From: Escherichia phage MX01 | Reading direction: 5' to 3' (one strand) | Sequence record: NC_031934.1 | Length of the DNA: 64,000 bases | Shown: positions 51,274 to 61,435 of the stretch, piece by piece | Numbering within the stretch: position 1 is the first letter of the stretch | Layout of the letters: every line of letters begins with the position of its first letter | Position numbers and translations under genes: made by a program | Notes under the pieces: model-generated | Databases searched by the model: none | Told to the model about the DNA's origin: nothing | The model's input: the letters and a program-made list of their open reading frames with translations, nothing else

Positions 51274-54200
51274 ATGGCTACTTTAAAGCAAATCCAATTT
51301 AAAAGAAGTAAAGTGGCCGGTGTACGTCCAACACCGGCCCAGTTGGCTGAAGGCGAACTGGCTATTAACTTAAAGGACCGTTTACTTTTTACTAAAGACG
51401 ATACTGGAGCGATTATCGACCTTGGCTTTGCTAAAGGTGGTAATATCGATGGTAACGTTATCCATAAAGGAAATTACACCCAAACCGGTAATTATACTAT
51501 AGCCGGAGCCATTTCACAAACGTCCGGACATTTTACTACTACTGGTAATATAACAGCAACCGGTGATATTACTGCAAAAGCCCGTTTAATGACAGATAAC
51601 GGTGAAGTTCTTGTACGAGGTACAGGAACTACTCATGTTCGATTCCAGGATTTGGCTGATGCTCGCGAAAGAGGTATAATTTATTCTCAAAACCGTGCTG
51701 GGGATACCAAGCAAATCTTGAACGTTCGTGTCCAGGATTATACTAATTCGACATCTAATATTTTTGCATTCAACGGCGACGGTTTATTTTATGCTCCGTC
51801 TATTTCTGGTGGAACATCAATAAAATCTCCAGTAATTTATACTAATACCGTTAATACTGATAGTAAGAAGATTGGTGATTACGATATATCTTCATTAGCA
51901 AATAACACTCCATTTGCAGAAGGCGAAACGGCTATTAACCACCTCCGTGTTATGCGAAATGCTGTAGGAGCAGGTATTTTCCACGAAGTTAATGTTAATG
52001 ACGGAATAACCTGGTATTCCGGAGATGGCTTAGACACTTATCTTTGGTCGTTTACCTGGTCCGGTGGATTGAAAGCAGGTCATTCTATTTCTGTAGGTCT
52101 TCCAGGTGGTTCTAAAGGATATTCTGAATTAGGAACTGCATCAATTGCTCTTGGCGATAATGACACCGGGTTAAAATGGCATCAGGATGGATATTATTTC
52201 AGCGTTAATAACGGCACGAGAACTTTCCTGTACAGCCCCGCAGAAACCACCAGTCTTAGAAAAATGGTTATGGGTTATTCTGTAAACGGTACCGATTTAA
52301 CCACTCCTCCGGTGGAAAACTATGCATTAGCCACTGTTGTTACTTACCATGATAATAACGCGGTAGGTGACGGCCAAACTCTTTTAGGTTATTATCAAGG
52401 TGGTAATTATCACCACTATTTCCGTGGTAAAGGTACTACAAACGTTAACACTGCTGGCGGTTTGTTAGTTACTCCTGGTAATATTGATGTTGTTGGTGGT
52501 TCGGTTAATATTGATGGCCGTAACAACGCTTCGACTCTTTTGTTCAGAGGAAATACAACAGGAAGTAGTTCAGTTGATAATATGACTATCAGCGTTTGGG
52601 GTGACACTTTTAATACGGTAGGTGGTTCTCGTAAAAACGTAATGGAAACATCTGATGCTACCGGCTGGATGCATTATATTCAACGAACTACAGCAGGTAA
52701 AGTCGAATCCTATTTAAATGGTTCCATGAATGTAATTGAAGGATTGACTGTAGTAAAAAATGCTACATTTGACGGTACAATCAGCGCAGCCGGTGGAATC
52801 GCGACAAATGCTGTAAATGGTCTTCGTATTTGGAACGACGACTACGGTGCTATTTTCCGCCGTTCTGAAAATGGCCTTCATATTATTCCTACCGAGTTTG
52901 GACAAGGTAAAACCGGAAATATCGGACCACTTCGCCCATTTAGTATAGCTTTAGATACAGGTAAGGTTAATATTCCTGATTTACAGTCAAGATACAATAC
53001 GATCACTGCGAACGGCTATATTAAATTTGTTGGCCATGGTGCAGGCGCTGGTGGTTATGACATTCAATATGCTCAAGCGGCTCCTATTTTCCAGGAAATT
53101 GATGATGACGCAGTAAGTAAATATTATCCTATTGTTAAACAGAAGTTTTTAAACAGTAAAGCTGTTTGGTCTTTAGGTACTGAAATAGAATCTGGTACAT
53201 TCGTTATTCATCATCTGAAAGAAGATGGTTCACAAGGCCATACGTCTCGTTTTAATCAAGACGGTACTGTTAACTTCCCGGATAATGTTCTGGTCGACGG
53301 TGATATTAACATGAAAGGCGTGATGACTTTTGATGCCGGACGTTTAGGATCACGAGATTATTTTAAATTTAACCATTGGGGTGATAGTAATAATGCTCGT
53401 GATAACATCATCCAGTTAGAAGATAGTCAAGGCGCCCATTTTTCCACTGAACGTACTTTAGCGACAGGTGCAATTAAAACTCGTTTCTTTGGCGAAACAT
53501 TCACTGATGGTACATTATACCTAAATCAGATGAATAATAGCTCTGAAGGATTCTCTATTAATAATTGGGGAAATTCAGAAGTTGGTCGCGCGGCAGTGAT
53601 GGAAGTCAGTGATTCCAAAGGTTATCACTTCTATACGGAACGCAGGACAGATAACAGTTTGGCGTTTGATGTTGCTGGCAATTTTACTACGCATGGACCT
53701 AGCGGAATAACCATCAAAAACTCAACTGGCGCTCGCCACATCTGGTTTAAAGATGATAGCGATGCAGAAAAGGCTGTTATCTGGGCTACAGATGAGGGTA
53801 TTTTACATATTCGCAATAATCATGGGGGTTCATTTAGTCATCACTTCCAGGGCGCAATGATTAAAGTGGGAGAGCGTGTTCCTTATGCCGGAGATCAAGG
53901 GCTTATTCGCGGTGAAGTTTCTGGTGGTGCATGGGTAGACTGGCGAGAGCGCCCGGCTGGTATTCTCTTAGATTGTCAGGATTCACAAAACCAAGCATAT
54001 TCAATTTGGAAAGCAGTTCATTGGGGTTCTGATTATCTTGCGACAATGGGTGTTCATGCTGGCGGTGGTAACGCTACCGTAATGATGCATATGAACAAAG
54101 GCGGCTGGTATTCATGGGCTGCAAATGGTGATTTCACATCTAGTGCTTCTGTATATTGTAACGACGTTTATATTCGTTCTGACCGTCGTCTGAAAATTAA

Positions 54201-54531
54201 CGTTGAAGACTACGAAGAAAATGCGGTAGATAAGGTAAATAAACTAAAAGTTAAAACCTACGATAAAGTTAAGTCTCTTTCTGACCGAGAAGTCATCGCA
54301 CATGATATTGGTATTATCGCGCAGGATTTACAAGAAATTTTACCGGAAGCTGTTAGCACTTCTAATGTCGGATCTCTTGATAACCCAGAAGAAATTTTAA
54401 CAATTTCTAACTCTGCTGTGAACGCGCTTTTAATTAAGGCCATTCAGGAAATGAGTGAAGAAATTAAAGAATTGAAAACGCCTCTCTTTACTAAAATTGC
54501 TCGCAAAATTGGTAAATACTTTAAATTCTAA
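51274..54531 (+). CDS. 37: Long tail fibre distal subunit gp37 with C-terminal intramolecular-chaperone-like domain
   Basis: 1085 aa; N-terminus MATLKQIQFKRSK...GELAINLKDR matches T4 gp37; C-terminal about 115 aa carries an SDRRLK motif. Confidence 0.85.
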   Translation: MATLKQIQFKRSKVAGVRPTPAQLAEGELAINLKDRLLFTKDDTGAIIDLGFAKGGNIDGNVIHKGNYTQTGNYTIAGAISQTSGHFTTTGNITATGDITAKARLMTDNGEVLVRGTGTTHVRFQDLADARERGIIYSQNRAGDTKQILNVRVQDYTNSTSNIFAFNGDGLFYAPSISGGTSIKSPVIYTNTVNTDSKKIGDYDISSLANNTPFAEGETAINHLRVMRNAVGAGIFHEVNVNDGITWYSGDGLDTYLWSFTWSGGLKAGHSISVGLPGGSKGYSELGTASIALGDNDTGLKWHQDGYYFSVNNGTRTFLYSPAETTSLRKMVMGYSVNGTDLTTPPVENYALATVVTYHDNNAVGDGQTLLGYYQGGNYHHYFRGKGTTNVNTAGGLLVTPGNIDVVGGSVNIDGRNNASTLLFRGNTTGSSSVDNMTISVWGDTFNTVGGSRKNVMETSDATGWMHYIQRTTAGKVESYLNGSMNVIEGLTVVKNATFDGTISAAGGIATNAVNGLRIWNDDYGAIFRRSENGLHIIPTEFGQGKTGNIGPLRPFSIALDTGKVNIPDLQSRYNTITANGYIKFVGHGAGAGGYDIQYAQAAPIFQEIDDDAVSKYYPIVKQKFLNSKAVWSLGTEIESGTFVIHHLKEDGSQGHTSRFNQDGTVNFPDNVLVDGDINMKGVMTFDAGRLGSRDYFKFNHWGDSNNARDNIIQLEDSQGAHFSTERTLATGAIKTRFFGETFTDGTLYLNQMNNSSEGFSINNWGNSEVGRAAVMEVSDSKGYHFYTERRTDNSLAFDVAGNFTTHGPSGITIKNSTGARHIWFKDDSDAEKAVIWATDEGILHIRNNHGGSFSHHFQGAMIKVGERVPYAGDQGLIRGEVSGGAWVDWRERPAGILLDCQDSQNQAYSIWKAVHWGSDYLATMGVHAGGGNATVMMHMNKGGWYSWAANGDFTSSASVYCNDVYIRSDRRLKINVEDYEENAVDKVNKLKVKTYDKVKSLSDREVIAHDIGIIAQDLQEILPEAVSTSNVGSLDNPEEILTISNSAVNALLIKAIQEMSEEIKELKTPLFTKIARKIGKYFKF

Positions 54532-54535
54532 TAAC

Positions 54536-54552
54536 AAGGGGCATTGCCCCTT
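54536..54552 (+). terminator. Hairpin between genes 37 and 38 (possible attenuator)
   Basis: aagggg-cattg-cccctt stem-loop. Confidence 0.4.
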
Positions 54553-54564
54553 TGGAGATAAATT

Positions 54565-55368
54565 ATGGCAGTAGTTGGAGTTCCTGGCTGGATTGGAAGT
54601 TCAGCCGTAAATGAAACGGGTCAGCGCTGGATGAGTCAAGCAGCTGGTCAATTAAGATTGGGTGTTCCTTGCTGGATGAGTCAATTTGCAGGTCGCTCAA
54701 GAGAAATTATTCATACACTTGGAGCAGACCATAACTTCAATGGTCAATGGTTCCGAGACCGCTGCTTTGAAGCAGGCAGTGCACCTATAGTGTTTAATAT
54801 CACAGGTGATTTGGTATCTTACGACCGTAATGTTCCATTGTTCTTTATGAATGCCGACACACCTAATGAATATGTCAATTTGACTATTCATGGAGGCGTG
54901 CATATGTGGGGCCGAGGCGGCCACGGCGGATGGACTCATTCAGGTGGCGACGGTAACGGTCAATGGGGTGGTGATTGTATAGTCAACCATATAGGTAATA
55001 GACTACGTATTTGGAACTATGGGGTTATCTGTGGCGGTGGCGGTGGCGGTGGTGGCATTGCGTATCGTCCTCACTCAGGTGCTAACTGGCAAGATATCGG
55101 TGGTGGTGGTGGACGTCCATTTGGTCCTGGTGGCGGTGGTGGATACTCCGGTGGTGGTGCTTCTTATGAAAGCCCTGGCGGTGGATACGATTATGGTAAC
55201 GCCCACTCGGGTCGGGGTGGTGATGCTGGCGGTGCAGGCGCAAACGCATGGCATGATGGGGGTAAGGTTCTTAAAGTTGGGGCCGGTGGCGGTTCTGGAG
55301 CTGCTGTTGCCGTTTCTGCTCCTGCATGGGGAGCGACAGGTACGATTTACGGCCCTTGGCTTAGTTAA
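54565..55368 (+). CDS. 38: T2-type receptor-recognising adhesin gp38 (glycine-rich)
   Basis: 267 aa; conserved N-terminal region then poly-glycine islands (GGGGGGGG, GGGGG) separating variable segments. Confidence 0.8.
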   Translation: MAVVGVPGWIGSSAVNETGQRWMSQAAGQLRLGVPCWMSQFAGRSREIIHTLGADHNFNGQWFRDRCFEAGSAPIVFNITGDLVSYDRNVPLFFMNADTPNEYVNLTIHGGVHMWGRGGHGGWTHSGGDGNGQWGGDCIVNHIGNRLRIWNYGVICGGGGGGGGIAYRPHSGANWQDIGGGGGRPFGPGGGGGYSGGGASYESPGGGYDYGNAHSGRGGDAGGAGANAWHDGGKVLKVGAGGGSGAAVAVSAPAWGATGTIYGPWLS

Positions 55369-55373
55369 GAATT

Positions 55374-55381
55374 TATAAATA
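55374..55381 (+). promoter_or_regulatory. Late promoter TATAAATA for holin gene t
   Basis: Exact TATAAATA 19 nt upstream of the t ATG. Confidence 0.55.
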
Positions 55382-55399
55382 TCTTTAAAGGAGAAAAGT

Positions 55400-56053
55400 A
55401 TGGAACCAAAAGTAGGAATATCATTATCAGACCTACTTTTTGGACTTCTTGATAGAATTTTTAAAGATACTTCTTCCGGGAAAGTAGTTTTTTCCCGGGT
55501 CCTAGTCGTAATATTATTGTTCTTTATGGCATTGGTTTGGTATAAAGGCGAGTATATTCTAAACTTTTATAAAGAGACTACTTATGCCTCTTATACTGAA
55601 ATGATTAGACAGGACCAGGACAATAGATTTAAAATTGCGGCTATCGAGCAGCTCCGAATAGTGCATTCTTCTTCAGGCGCAGACTTCACAGCAATATATT
55701 CTTTTAGACCAACCAACATGAATTATTTTGTGGATATGGTGGCTTACGAGGGTAAATTACCGGAAACGGTAGACGCAAAAAACACGGGAGGGTTTCCAAT
55801 TGACAAAACGTCAATAGAATATATGGCGGGAGTTAACGGGAACTATTTTGAATCAAGTACTGAAACTGTATTCCTTCCTACAAAGAAGAAAACCCATTTC
55901 ACTTATATGTTTTCATGCCCGTTTTTTAATTTGGATAACGTCTACGCCGGCTCGATATCGTTGTACTGGTATGATATCAAACCGGATTTAGGATTTCCTA
56001 GACTTTCGTCTATGTGTGGACAAGCCGGAAGGACATTAGGTCGAACACGTTAG
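55400..56053 (+). CDS. t: Holin T
   Basis: 217 aa; LLFGLLDRIFKD, single N-terminal transmembrane segment, YMFSCPFFNLDNVYAG match T4 T as recalled. Confidence 0.9.
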   Translation: MEPKVGISLSDLLFGLLDRIFKDTSSGKVVFSRVLVVILLFFMALVWYKGEYILNFYKETTYASYTEMIRQDQDNRFKIAAIEQLRIVHSSSGADFTAIYSFRPTNMNYFVDMVAYEGKLPETVDAKNTGGFPIDKTSIEYMAGVNGNYFESSTETVFLPTKKKTHFTYMFSCPFFNLDNVYAGSISLYWYDIKPDLGFPRLSSMCGQAGRTLGRTR

Positions 56054-56325
56054 AAATTGGAGGTATACATCATTAGGTAGCGGTGTATATCTTCATACCC
56101 TTCATTAAATTGCTCAATAAGAGTTTCACGCTCGTCTTCAGTTAAAGACTTAAATAATTTGTTATAAGACAAACCATTAAGTTCCTTTCCATGTTCATTA
56201 CGAATACCTAACTCATTCAAAAAGGCAATAAACTCATCACGACGTTGCATGATGTCTTCACAATCAGTTTTAATCAAAATGGAAACAATAGTGGCAATTT
56301 CGGAAACGATTTCAATTTTAGTCAT
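56050..56325 (-). CDS. asiA: Anti-sigma70 factor AsiA
   Basis: 91 aa; C-terminal EQFNEGYEDIHRYLMMYT matches T4 AsiA as recalled. Confidence 0.85.
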   Translation of the reverse strand: MTKIEIVSEIATIVSILIKTDCEDIMQRRDEFIAFLNELGIRNEHGKELNGLSYNKLFKSLTEDERETLIEQFNEGYEDIHRYLMMYTSNF

Positions 56326-56366
56326 AATATTCTCTTCAATTCAGTACGTCATTATCTGATAGGGCT

Positions 56367-56395
56367 ATACTAACATATCCTTAGGGATTGTAAAC
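56367..56395 (-). promoter_or_regulatory. Candidate early promoter for asiA
   Basis: Minus-sense GTTTAC, 17-nt spacer, TAGTAT, conserved leader. Confidence 0.4.
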
Positions 56396-56539
56396 ATGTT
56401 TTTCGTTCTTTTTAACATATTCCTGATACATCTCTTCTATCGGTTCCTGGAACTTAAAATCAGCTCCCAGGAATTCCTCAAAGCACTCCTGCTCACGTGT
56501 ACGCATGCCTGTTACGGTATTCTCTAAGTTATGACTCAT
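56381..56539 (-). CDS. Small hypothetical protein (52 aa)
   Basis: Hand-translated MSHNLENTVTGMRTREQECFEEF...; not in ORF track. Confidence 0.3.
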   Translation of the reverse strand: MSHNLENTVTGMRTREQECFEEFLGADFKFQEPIEEMYQEYVKKNEKHVYNP

Positions 56540-56628
56540 AGCCTTTACCCTTATGTTTCTGTTTACGTTTAGACTCTTTAAAGTTTTTCTTTTTGTCCTT
56601 GTGGACCGAAGCCTTATTGAAATCGTGC

Positions 56629-56910
56629 TTAGCTACCAGATTGTTCACGTAATTTCCTTAATTGATATTCAAGAGAGCTGATAATTTCTTTATTAGTTGC
56701 AATATACATGTCACGTAGGAATGGCTTCAACCCTTCCATATTCCCATGGATTGTCTTAGAACTAATATTCTTTATATATTCGTGGTCCAATGCATCCCAA
56801 GCCGGTTGGTTTACATAAGTTCCCCAATTATCTTCCAGCATAACATTCAGACGTTTAATATGGTTAATATGGGCTTCGATTGCATCAATCTGGAGTTGTT
56901 TAAGATTCAT
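56629..56910 (-). CDS. Hypothetical protein (93 aa), arn-region
   Basis: ORF in the region where T4 carries arn; no sequence confirmation. Confidence 0.45.
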   Translation of the reverse strand: MNLKQLQIDAIEAHINHIKRLNVMLEDNWGTYVNQPAWDALDHEYIKNISSKTIHGNMEGLKPFLRDMYIATNKEIISSLEYQLRKLREQSGS

Positions 56911-57407
56911 TAGTAAAGGTCCTCAGAGTAAAGTTCTTTTTCACTACCACCACGTTCAATACGCACTTGTCCGGCGTAAGTTGCAATAATCATCGCTTCT
57001 TCACGGGTCCAATAGTTTGAATATTGGTCAATAAAGCCTTGGTCATCATCACAGACAAATCGTGTTACCAATTTATCTTCAACGGCCTTGATAACCGCAC
57101 CCATATCTTTAGAGTAATGACGTGTCGCAGGAATAACCAGAGTTCCACCATCTTTTAACTTAAAACGGTTTGCAGCACACACAATTCGACGCTGGAATTT
57201 TTGGTCTTCACACCAATGGGCCACTTGCCAACAGATTTCAGGAACCTCTTCTAAAACATCCTCTTCTGTATATTCGGTGTAATCACCATAGGCCTGTAAT
57301 TTAGCTGCTAGACTTTCAGGAGTCTCGCGAGAAAGAGCTTTATCCAACAAGGCCATACGGTCTTTAAAGGATAATTCTTTACCTTTTAATGGATTCATTT
57401 GAACCAA
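56910..57407 (-). CDS. Hypothetical protein (165 aa)
   Basis: ORF with 1-nt overlap to the downstream gene. Confidence 0.5.
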   Translation of the reverse strand: MVQMNPLKGKELSFKDRMALLDKALSRETPESLAAKLQAYGDYTEYTEEDVLEEVPEICWQVAHWCEDQKFQRRIVCAANRFKLKDGGTLVIPATRHYSKDMGAVIKAVEDKLVTRFVCDDDQGFIDQYSNYWTREEAMIIATYAGQVRIERGGSEKELYSEDLY

Positions 57408-57724
57408 CCTTTAATACGCTGCCATAAAGATTTCTGTTGAGCTTTATTAACACCAATTGAACGAATAACCGGTTGTGATTCTTGGTATTCTTTGTAGTCC
57501 GCTTTATAGACTTCATAAGCGGCCGGAACAAAGGTGCTGATTGCTGCCATAAAGTTCTTACGAATTCCCATAGAAGCTTCAGAACCACCACGGATGATTA
57601 AGTATTTACCTGCTTTAATCTTAACAATAGTGCCAAGATAAGCACCGTGGTACCAAATGTCCCAACCTTCTTGAGTAGGTTCTGCACAACGACGAAGTTC
57701 ATTAACAATATTAAGCTTGTTCAT
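57395..57724 (-). CDS. Hypothetical protein (109 aa), motA.1-position
   Basis: ORF immediately downstream of motA. Confidence 0.5.
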   Translation of the reverse strand: MNKLNIVNELRRCAEPTQEGWDIWYHGAYLGTIVKIKAGKYLIIRGGSEASMGIRKNFMAAISTFVPAAYEVYKADYKEYQESQPVIRSIGVNKAQQKSLWQRIKGWFK

Positions 57725-57742
57725 AATAATTTCCTCAGTCAG

Positions 57743-58375
57743 TTAAATTGCGTTAGTTACGGTTTTGATAACTTCAGATGATACATTTTGGAAGTCGATA
57801 TAAGTATTCTTACCACCAGTCTTAATCTTAACATCTAGATTCAAGGAAGTAAACACTTGTTTTTCTTTATCAGTCATATTATAACCGAAGATGCGCATCA
57901 TTCCGTCACGGCGGACTTCAATTTGACGAATGCCATTGGTGCGTTTGGCGAATCGAACTTCAAGGTTGCTACGGTTTTCAGCAATTTCACGAATCTCGAT
58001 ACGGTCTTCTAATAAAGCTTTAACTTCATCAGCCAGTGTTACCATTTCAGGAGTAACACCACGTGAACTACGCGTTTTACGTTTTTCCAACATCTCTGGG
58101 GCATTTTCAGAAGCGAACAGGTCGGCAGCTTTTTGAACTAGGTCCATTGCTTCACCTGTAGCCACTAAACCGTCACCAGATTTTTCGATGAATCCTTTCT
58201 TAATCAATACACCGATGTTAGAGTTAACTACCGCAGCACTAAATTGCTCACTCAGGGCTTCACGGACTTCACCTGAAGTGATGAAGTTATGCTTGATGAT
58301 ATGTACTAAGATCGAAGCAGTTTTTTCATTCAGGACGTCTTCAGAAGCTTTGATGATATAAGTAATTTTAGACAT
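57743..58375 (-). CDS. motA: Middle-transcription activator MotA
   Basis: Start at MSKITYIIKAS with GGAG Shine-Dalgarno; 210 aa; matches T4 MotA as recalled. Confidence 0.85.
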   Translation of the reverse strand: MSKITYIIKASEDVLNEKTASILVHIIKHNFITSGEVREALSEQFSAAVVNSNIGVLIKKGFIEKSGDGLVATGEAMDLVQKAADLFASENAPEMLEKRKTRSSRGVTPEMVTLADEVKALLEDRIEIREIAENRSNLEVRFAKRTNGIRQIEVRRDGMMRIFGYNMTDKEKQVFTSLNLDVKIKTGGKNTYIDFQNVSSEVIKTVTNAI

Positions 58376-58413
58376 TTTGTATCTCCATTTCACTCTATTG
58401 TTTTGATAGGTCT

Positions 58414-58442
58414 ATAGTATCATGTTTAAAGCAGAAGTAAAC
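58414..58442 (-). promoter_or_regulatory. Early promoter for motA
   Basis: Minus-sense GTTTAC, 17-nt spacer, TACTAT, conserved leader. Confidence 0.55.
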
Positions 58443-58465
58443 ACTTTTTTCACCAAACCCAAAAA

Positions 58466-58485
58466 AGGAACCCGAAGGTTCCTTA
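58466..58485 (-). terminator. UUCG-tetraloop hairpin
   Basis: Minus-sense AAGGAACC-UUCG-GGUUCCUU, perfect 8-bp stem. Confidence 0.6.
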
Positions 58486-58587
58486 CTTTTTAAAGTGAGC
58501 TGCTATTAAACCTATAGCTAAGCCTGTTGCCAGGCCTAGAATAACAGCAAAGATACAGAGTAACAAGAACTCGACTCCAAGGCTCAT
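58483..58587 (-). CDS. Small hydrophobic membrane peptide (34 aa)
   Basis: Hand-translated MSLGVEFLLLCIFAVILGLATGLAIGLIAAHFKK; start overlaps the gene 52 stop (ATGA). Confidence 0.3.
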   Translation of the reverse strand: MSLGVEFLLLCIFAVILGLATGLAIGLIAAHFKK

Positions 58588-59912
58588 AGAGCCTCCAAAT
58601 CTTTAACATACTCAGTTACAACATCAGTGGTTTTCCAATATTGATGCTCTTCTTTCTTAGCCTTGGCTTCGAGAGCTAGTTTCTTGGCTTCATCTGATGT
58701 AATATGGAAAATGTTCATTGCAACCAGTTTATCAGCGTATTCGCCATAAACTTTATTACCTGCCAATTCCTCGGTTAAAACCTTACGGGTCTTACCTTGG
58801 ATAACTACAGTCCCATCAATAACATCTTTGATGAATGTGGCTTTAGCCAATGCCAGTTTAAAAGCTTCTTCGGTTTCGATGATTTTACCATCAATACGTT
58901 TCTGTACAAAGGTCTTACGGACCTCAACGAAATCACGAATCAGTTCAACTGCATCTTCGTAAACCTTAAGTTTACCTTTTTCATTAATGACTGTCAGGTT
59001 TTGTGAACGGCGTTCGATTAATCCGAAGTCCTTCATGAGTTTTTCGTGTTTCTTATCTTCATCAGTAGGCAATTCATATTCTTTACGAATCTTAACCTTG
59101 AAGCCGAAACCGTTCTCGTCACAGTCATCATCATATGTGATATACCCTTTGTCTTCCAGAGGGTCTAATATCTTGGCTACGTACGTTTCACGGTCATATT
59201 TGTACGGGATTTCCGTGATATGCATTTGGGTTCGAGATGTGAACTTATACGTTCCACGAATCTCATAACTACCTGGTTCAATTTCAACAACTTCACCACG
59301 GAATTCAGGATAAGCCACTTTAGGCTTGGTTACTCGTTTTTCCTGAAGAACTTGCAATACAGCTTTCTTAACAGAATCAAAACTATGAGGAAGAATATTA
59401 GTTGCATAACCAGTTGCAATACCGGAAACGCCATTAAGAAGAACAGTAGGAATAATAGGCAGATAAAAAGCCGGTGGCTTATGTTCAACATCCACATGAA
59501 CCGGAGCATATTCTGTGTCCTTATAAACTTTTGCAAAGTTACTTCCAATACGTGCAAAGATATAACGAGAGGCCGCAGCTTTTTGAACCAATCGGGAACC
59601 AAAGTTACCTTGACCATCTAACAATGGATAGTTGTTGTTCCATGTGTTAGCCATCAAAGCCCCTGCTTCCTGAGCAGAACCTTCACCATGGTGATATCCA
59701 AGGTCGGCTACGCCACCAGCAATAGAAGCGAGTTTGTGGAATTTTTCTTTATTACCACGAGCCATATCAAGACAACGAGCAACTACAAAACGTTGTACAG
59801 GTTTAAAGCCATCAATCATATTCGGAATGGCTCGGTTTTCGACAGTATACATTGCATAAGCCAATGCTTCGTTGTCGATAATACTTTTTAAACCACGAGA
59901 TGTTAATTCCAT
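58584..59912 (-). CDS. 52: DNA topoisomerase II medium subunit gp52
   Basis: 442 aa; NEALAYAMYTVENRAIPNMIDGFKPVQRF (active-site Tyr region) matches T4 gp52 as recalled. Confidence 0.9.
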   Translation of the reverse strand: MELTSRGLKSIIDNEALAYAMYTVENRAIPNMIDGFKPVQRFVVARCLDMARGNKEKFHKLASIAGGVADLGYHHGEGSAQEAGALMANTWNNNYPLLDGQGNFGSRLVQKAAASRYIFARIGSNFAKVYKDTEYAPVHVDVEHKPPAFYLPIIPTVLLNGVSGIATGYATNILPHSFDSVKKAVLQVLQEKRVTKPKVAYPEFRGEVVEIEPGSYEIRGTYKFTSRTQMHITEIPYKYDRETYVAKILDPLEDKGYITYDDDCDENGFGFKVKIRKEYELPTDEDKKHEKLMKDFGLIERRSQNLTVINEKGKLKVYEDAVELIRDFVEVRKTFVQKRIDGKIIETEEAFKLALAKATFIKDVIDGTVVIQGKTRKVLTEELAGNKVYGEYADKLVAMNIFHITSDEAKKLALEAKAKKEEHQYWKTTDVVTEYVKDLEAL

Positions 59913-59916
59913 AATT

Positions 59917-60057
59917 TTACCATACTAGTGAATGAATAGCCATAATAACATCGGAAATAAAAAGCACAACTTGGATAAGTCCGAATATTACTCCATAATA
60001 CAGTGCTACTAATAAAGCAGCAAGGGCTACCGAGTAGCCCAAGATTTTCTTAATCAT
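59917..60057 (-). CDS. Small hydrophobic membrane protein (46 aa)
   Basis: Hand-translated MIKKILGYSVALAALLVALYYGVIFGLIQVVLFISDVIMAIHSLVW; overlaps upstream gene by 8 nt. Confidence 0.3.
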   Translation of the reverse strand: MIKKILGYSVALAALLVALYYGVIFGLIQVVLFISDVIMAIHSLVW

Positions 60058-60211
60058 TTTTAATCATCTTAAGTAAACCGACAAAAGTAGAAAGAACCCA
60101 GCCAATAAACAGAAAACTTAAGAATACCGTACCAGGGGTCCATACGCCTAAAAAGAAGCAAACCGAACAGACTATAGCCATAATAAGTTCAATAAAAACT
60201 AGAATAACCAT
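60050..60211 (-). CDS. Small hydrophobic membrane protein (53 aa)
   Basis: Hand-translated MVILVFIELIMAIVCSVCFFLGVWTPGTVFLSFLFIGWVLSTFVGLLKMIKND; GAGGAAAATATG start context. Confidence 0.35.
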   Translation of the reverse strand: MVILVFIELIMAIVCSVCFFLGVWTPGTVFLSFLFIGWVLSTFVGLLKMIKND

Positions 60212-60298
60212 ATTTTCCTCATTAGCGTCCGAAGACGCCTTTAGTTTTAAGATTATTACGATAGAACTGCATCACATGTTCGTTATAGAAATTGCTCA

Positions 60299-60748
60299 TT
60301 AGTAAGCCTGCAGAATGAATTTAAAGTTATCAGCCAACATACGGTTCATTTCTTCCAGTGTCTGGAGGTCGGAACTATGATTGCGAGTGAAAGCCATTGC
60401 AATTTGACCCTTACCAAAACCTGTAGTCAGAGGTTTCATCTTAGAAGCTGGTACATAAAGAACTTCATACACAACACCGTTCACTGCCATGGTGCGGGCT
60501 GATTGAGAACGTTTCTTACGAATGTTAGCCACGATACCGTCGAGACCTTGAGCCGAACGTTGATTACCGACATAAAAACGAGCCGCTACGACACGAGAAT
60601 CAGCTCCACCTTTAACAAAGAAGTAGAAGCCTGGCTGAGCAGCCGTTTCTTTAGAAGGTTTACCATTTTGGTATTCACCATTCTTAACATAAGCAACAGT
60701 AGTAGCACCAGCAGACAGAACGTTACGGCGAGTCATATAAGTATTCAT
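60299..60748 (-). CDS. ndd: Nucleoid disruption protein Ndd
   Basis: 149 aa; [23 protein letters not shown] and C-terminal [18 protein letters not shown] match T4 Ndd as recalled. Confidence 0.8.
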   Translation of the reverse strand: MNTYMTRRNVLSAGATTVAYVKNGEYQNGKPSKETAAQPGFYFFVKGGADSRVVAARFYVGNQRSAQGLDGIVANIRKKRSQSARTMAVNGVVYEVLYVPASKMKPLTTGFGKGQIAMAFTRNHSSDLQTLEEMNRMLADNFKFILQAY

Positions 60749-60797
60749 ATCAATTTCCTCAGTAGATTAATGTTTTGTTATCCGGTCAACGAGAACC

Positions 60798-60826
60798 ATT
60801 ATAACATGATTCTCGAGGTTGTAAAC
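60798..60826 (-). promoter_or_regulatory. Early promoter for ndd
   Basis: Minus-sense GTTTAC, 17-nt spacer, TATAAT (consensus). Confidence 0.6.
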
Positions 60827-61194
60827 TATTTTTGTAGCTGTTCTAAAATAAATCCGCTGGTGTAAAGGCTTGCATTATACAGGCGGTCAAGAGATAACGA
60901 ATCCAATCCATAAGCTTCACGAATTGCATTGATAACACTTTCATAACTTGTATAATAAACGTCACGATAATCGCGGTCCATAGTCATGCGGAACTTAATA
61001 AATTTGTAGAAACCGGTTTCAGGGTCCTGATAGAATGCAAATTCTGCAGACGCTAAATTTTTAAGGTTAACAGCTTTTGTGTCGCCTGAATAACTTAAAT
61101 CAAATGTTTCTGACATGCTAATCTGTTTAAAGAACATAATGTCGCGATTACCAAAAAATAATTTAGACATAATATTTTCCTTATTCAGCGTCAA
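60826..61194 (-). CDS. Hypothetical protein (122 aa)
   Basis: ORF in ndd.x region. Confidence 0.5.
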   Translation of the reverse strand: MTLNKENIMSKLFFGNRDIMFFKQISMSETFDLSYSGDTKAVNLKNLASAEFAFYQDPETGFYKFIKFRMTMDRDYRDVYYTSYESVINAIREAYGLDSLSLDRLYNASLYTSGFILEQLQK

Positions 61195-61435
61195 CAGAAA
61201 TAGCCATCAGTTCATCAACGGTAAGGCATTGCACACTAGGTCCTACACAAAAGCGCTTAGTTGAATCATAAAGGTCTGTAGCATTAACAGGTTGTAATTC
61301 GGTCCCAACTTGTAAAGGAGAAATGCGAATCAGTTGTTGACCATTATGTAATACAAAGCTCTCACCAACTACCACATCTTTAAAAAGTTTCATAATATTT
61401 TCCTCAGAAATTAAAGAATACACGTACATGGTCAA
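61181..61435 (-). CDS. Hypothetical protein (84 aa)
   Basis: ORF preceded by GAGGAAAATATTATG. Confidence 0.5.
   Translation of the reverse strand: MTMYVYSLISEENIMKLFKDVVVGESFVLHNGQQLIRISPLQVGTELQPVNATDLYDSTKRFCVGPSVQCLTVDELMAISVDAE

Noticed and set aside
55019-55300. GGN-rich tract in gene 38 considered as a slippery or frameshift-prone simple repeat, or a mis-assembled low-complexity region
   Set aside because: The frame stays open and encodes the poly-glycine islands characteristic of T2-type gp38 adhesins; the codons vary (ggc/ggt/gga), which argues against a recent slippage artefact.
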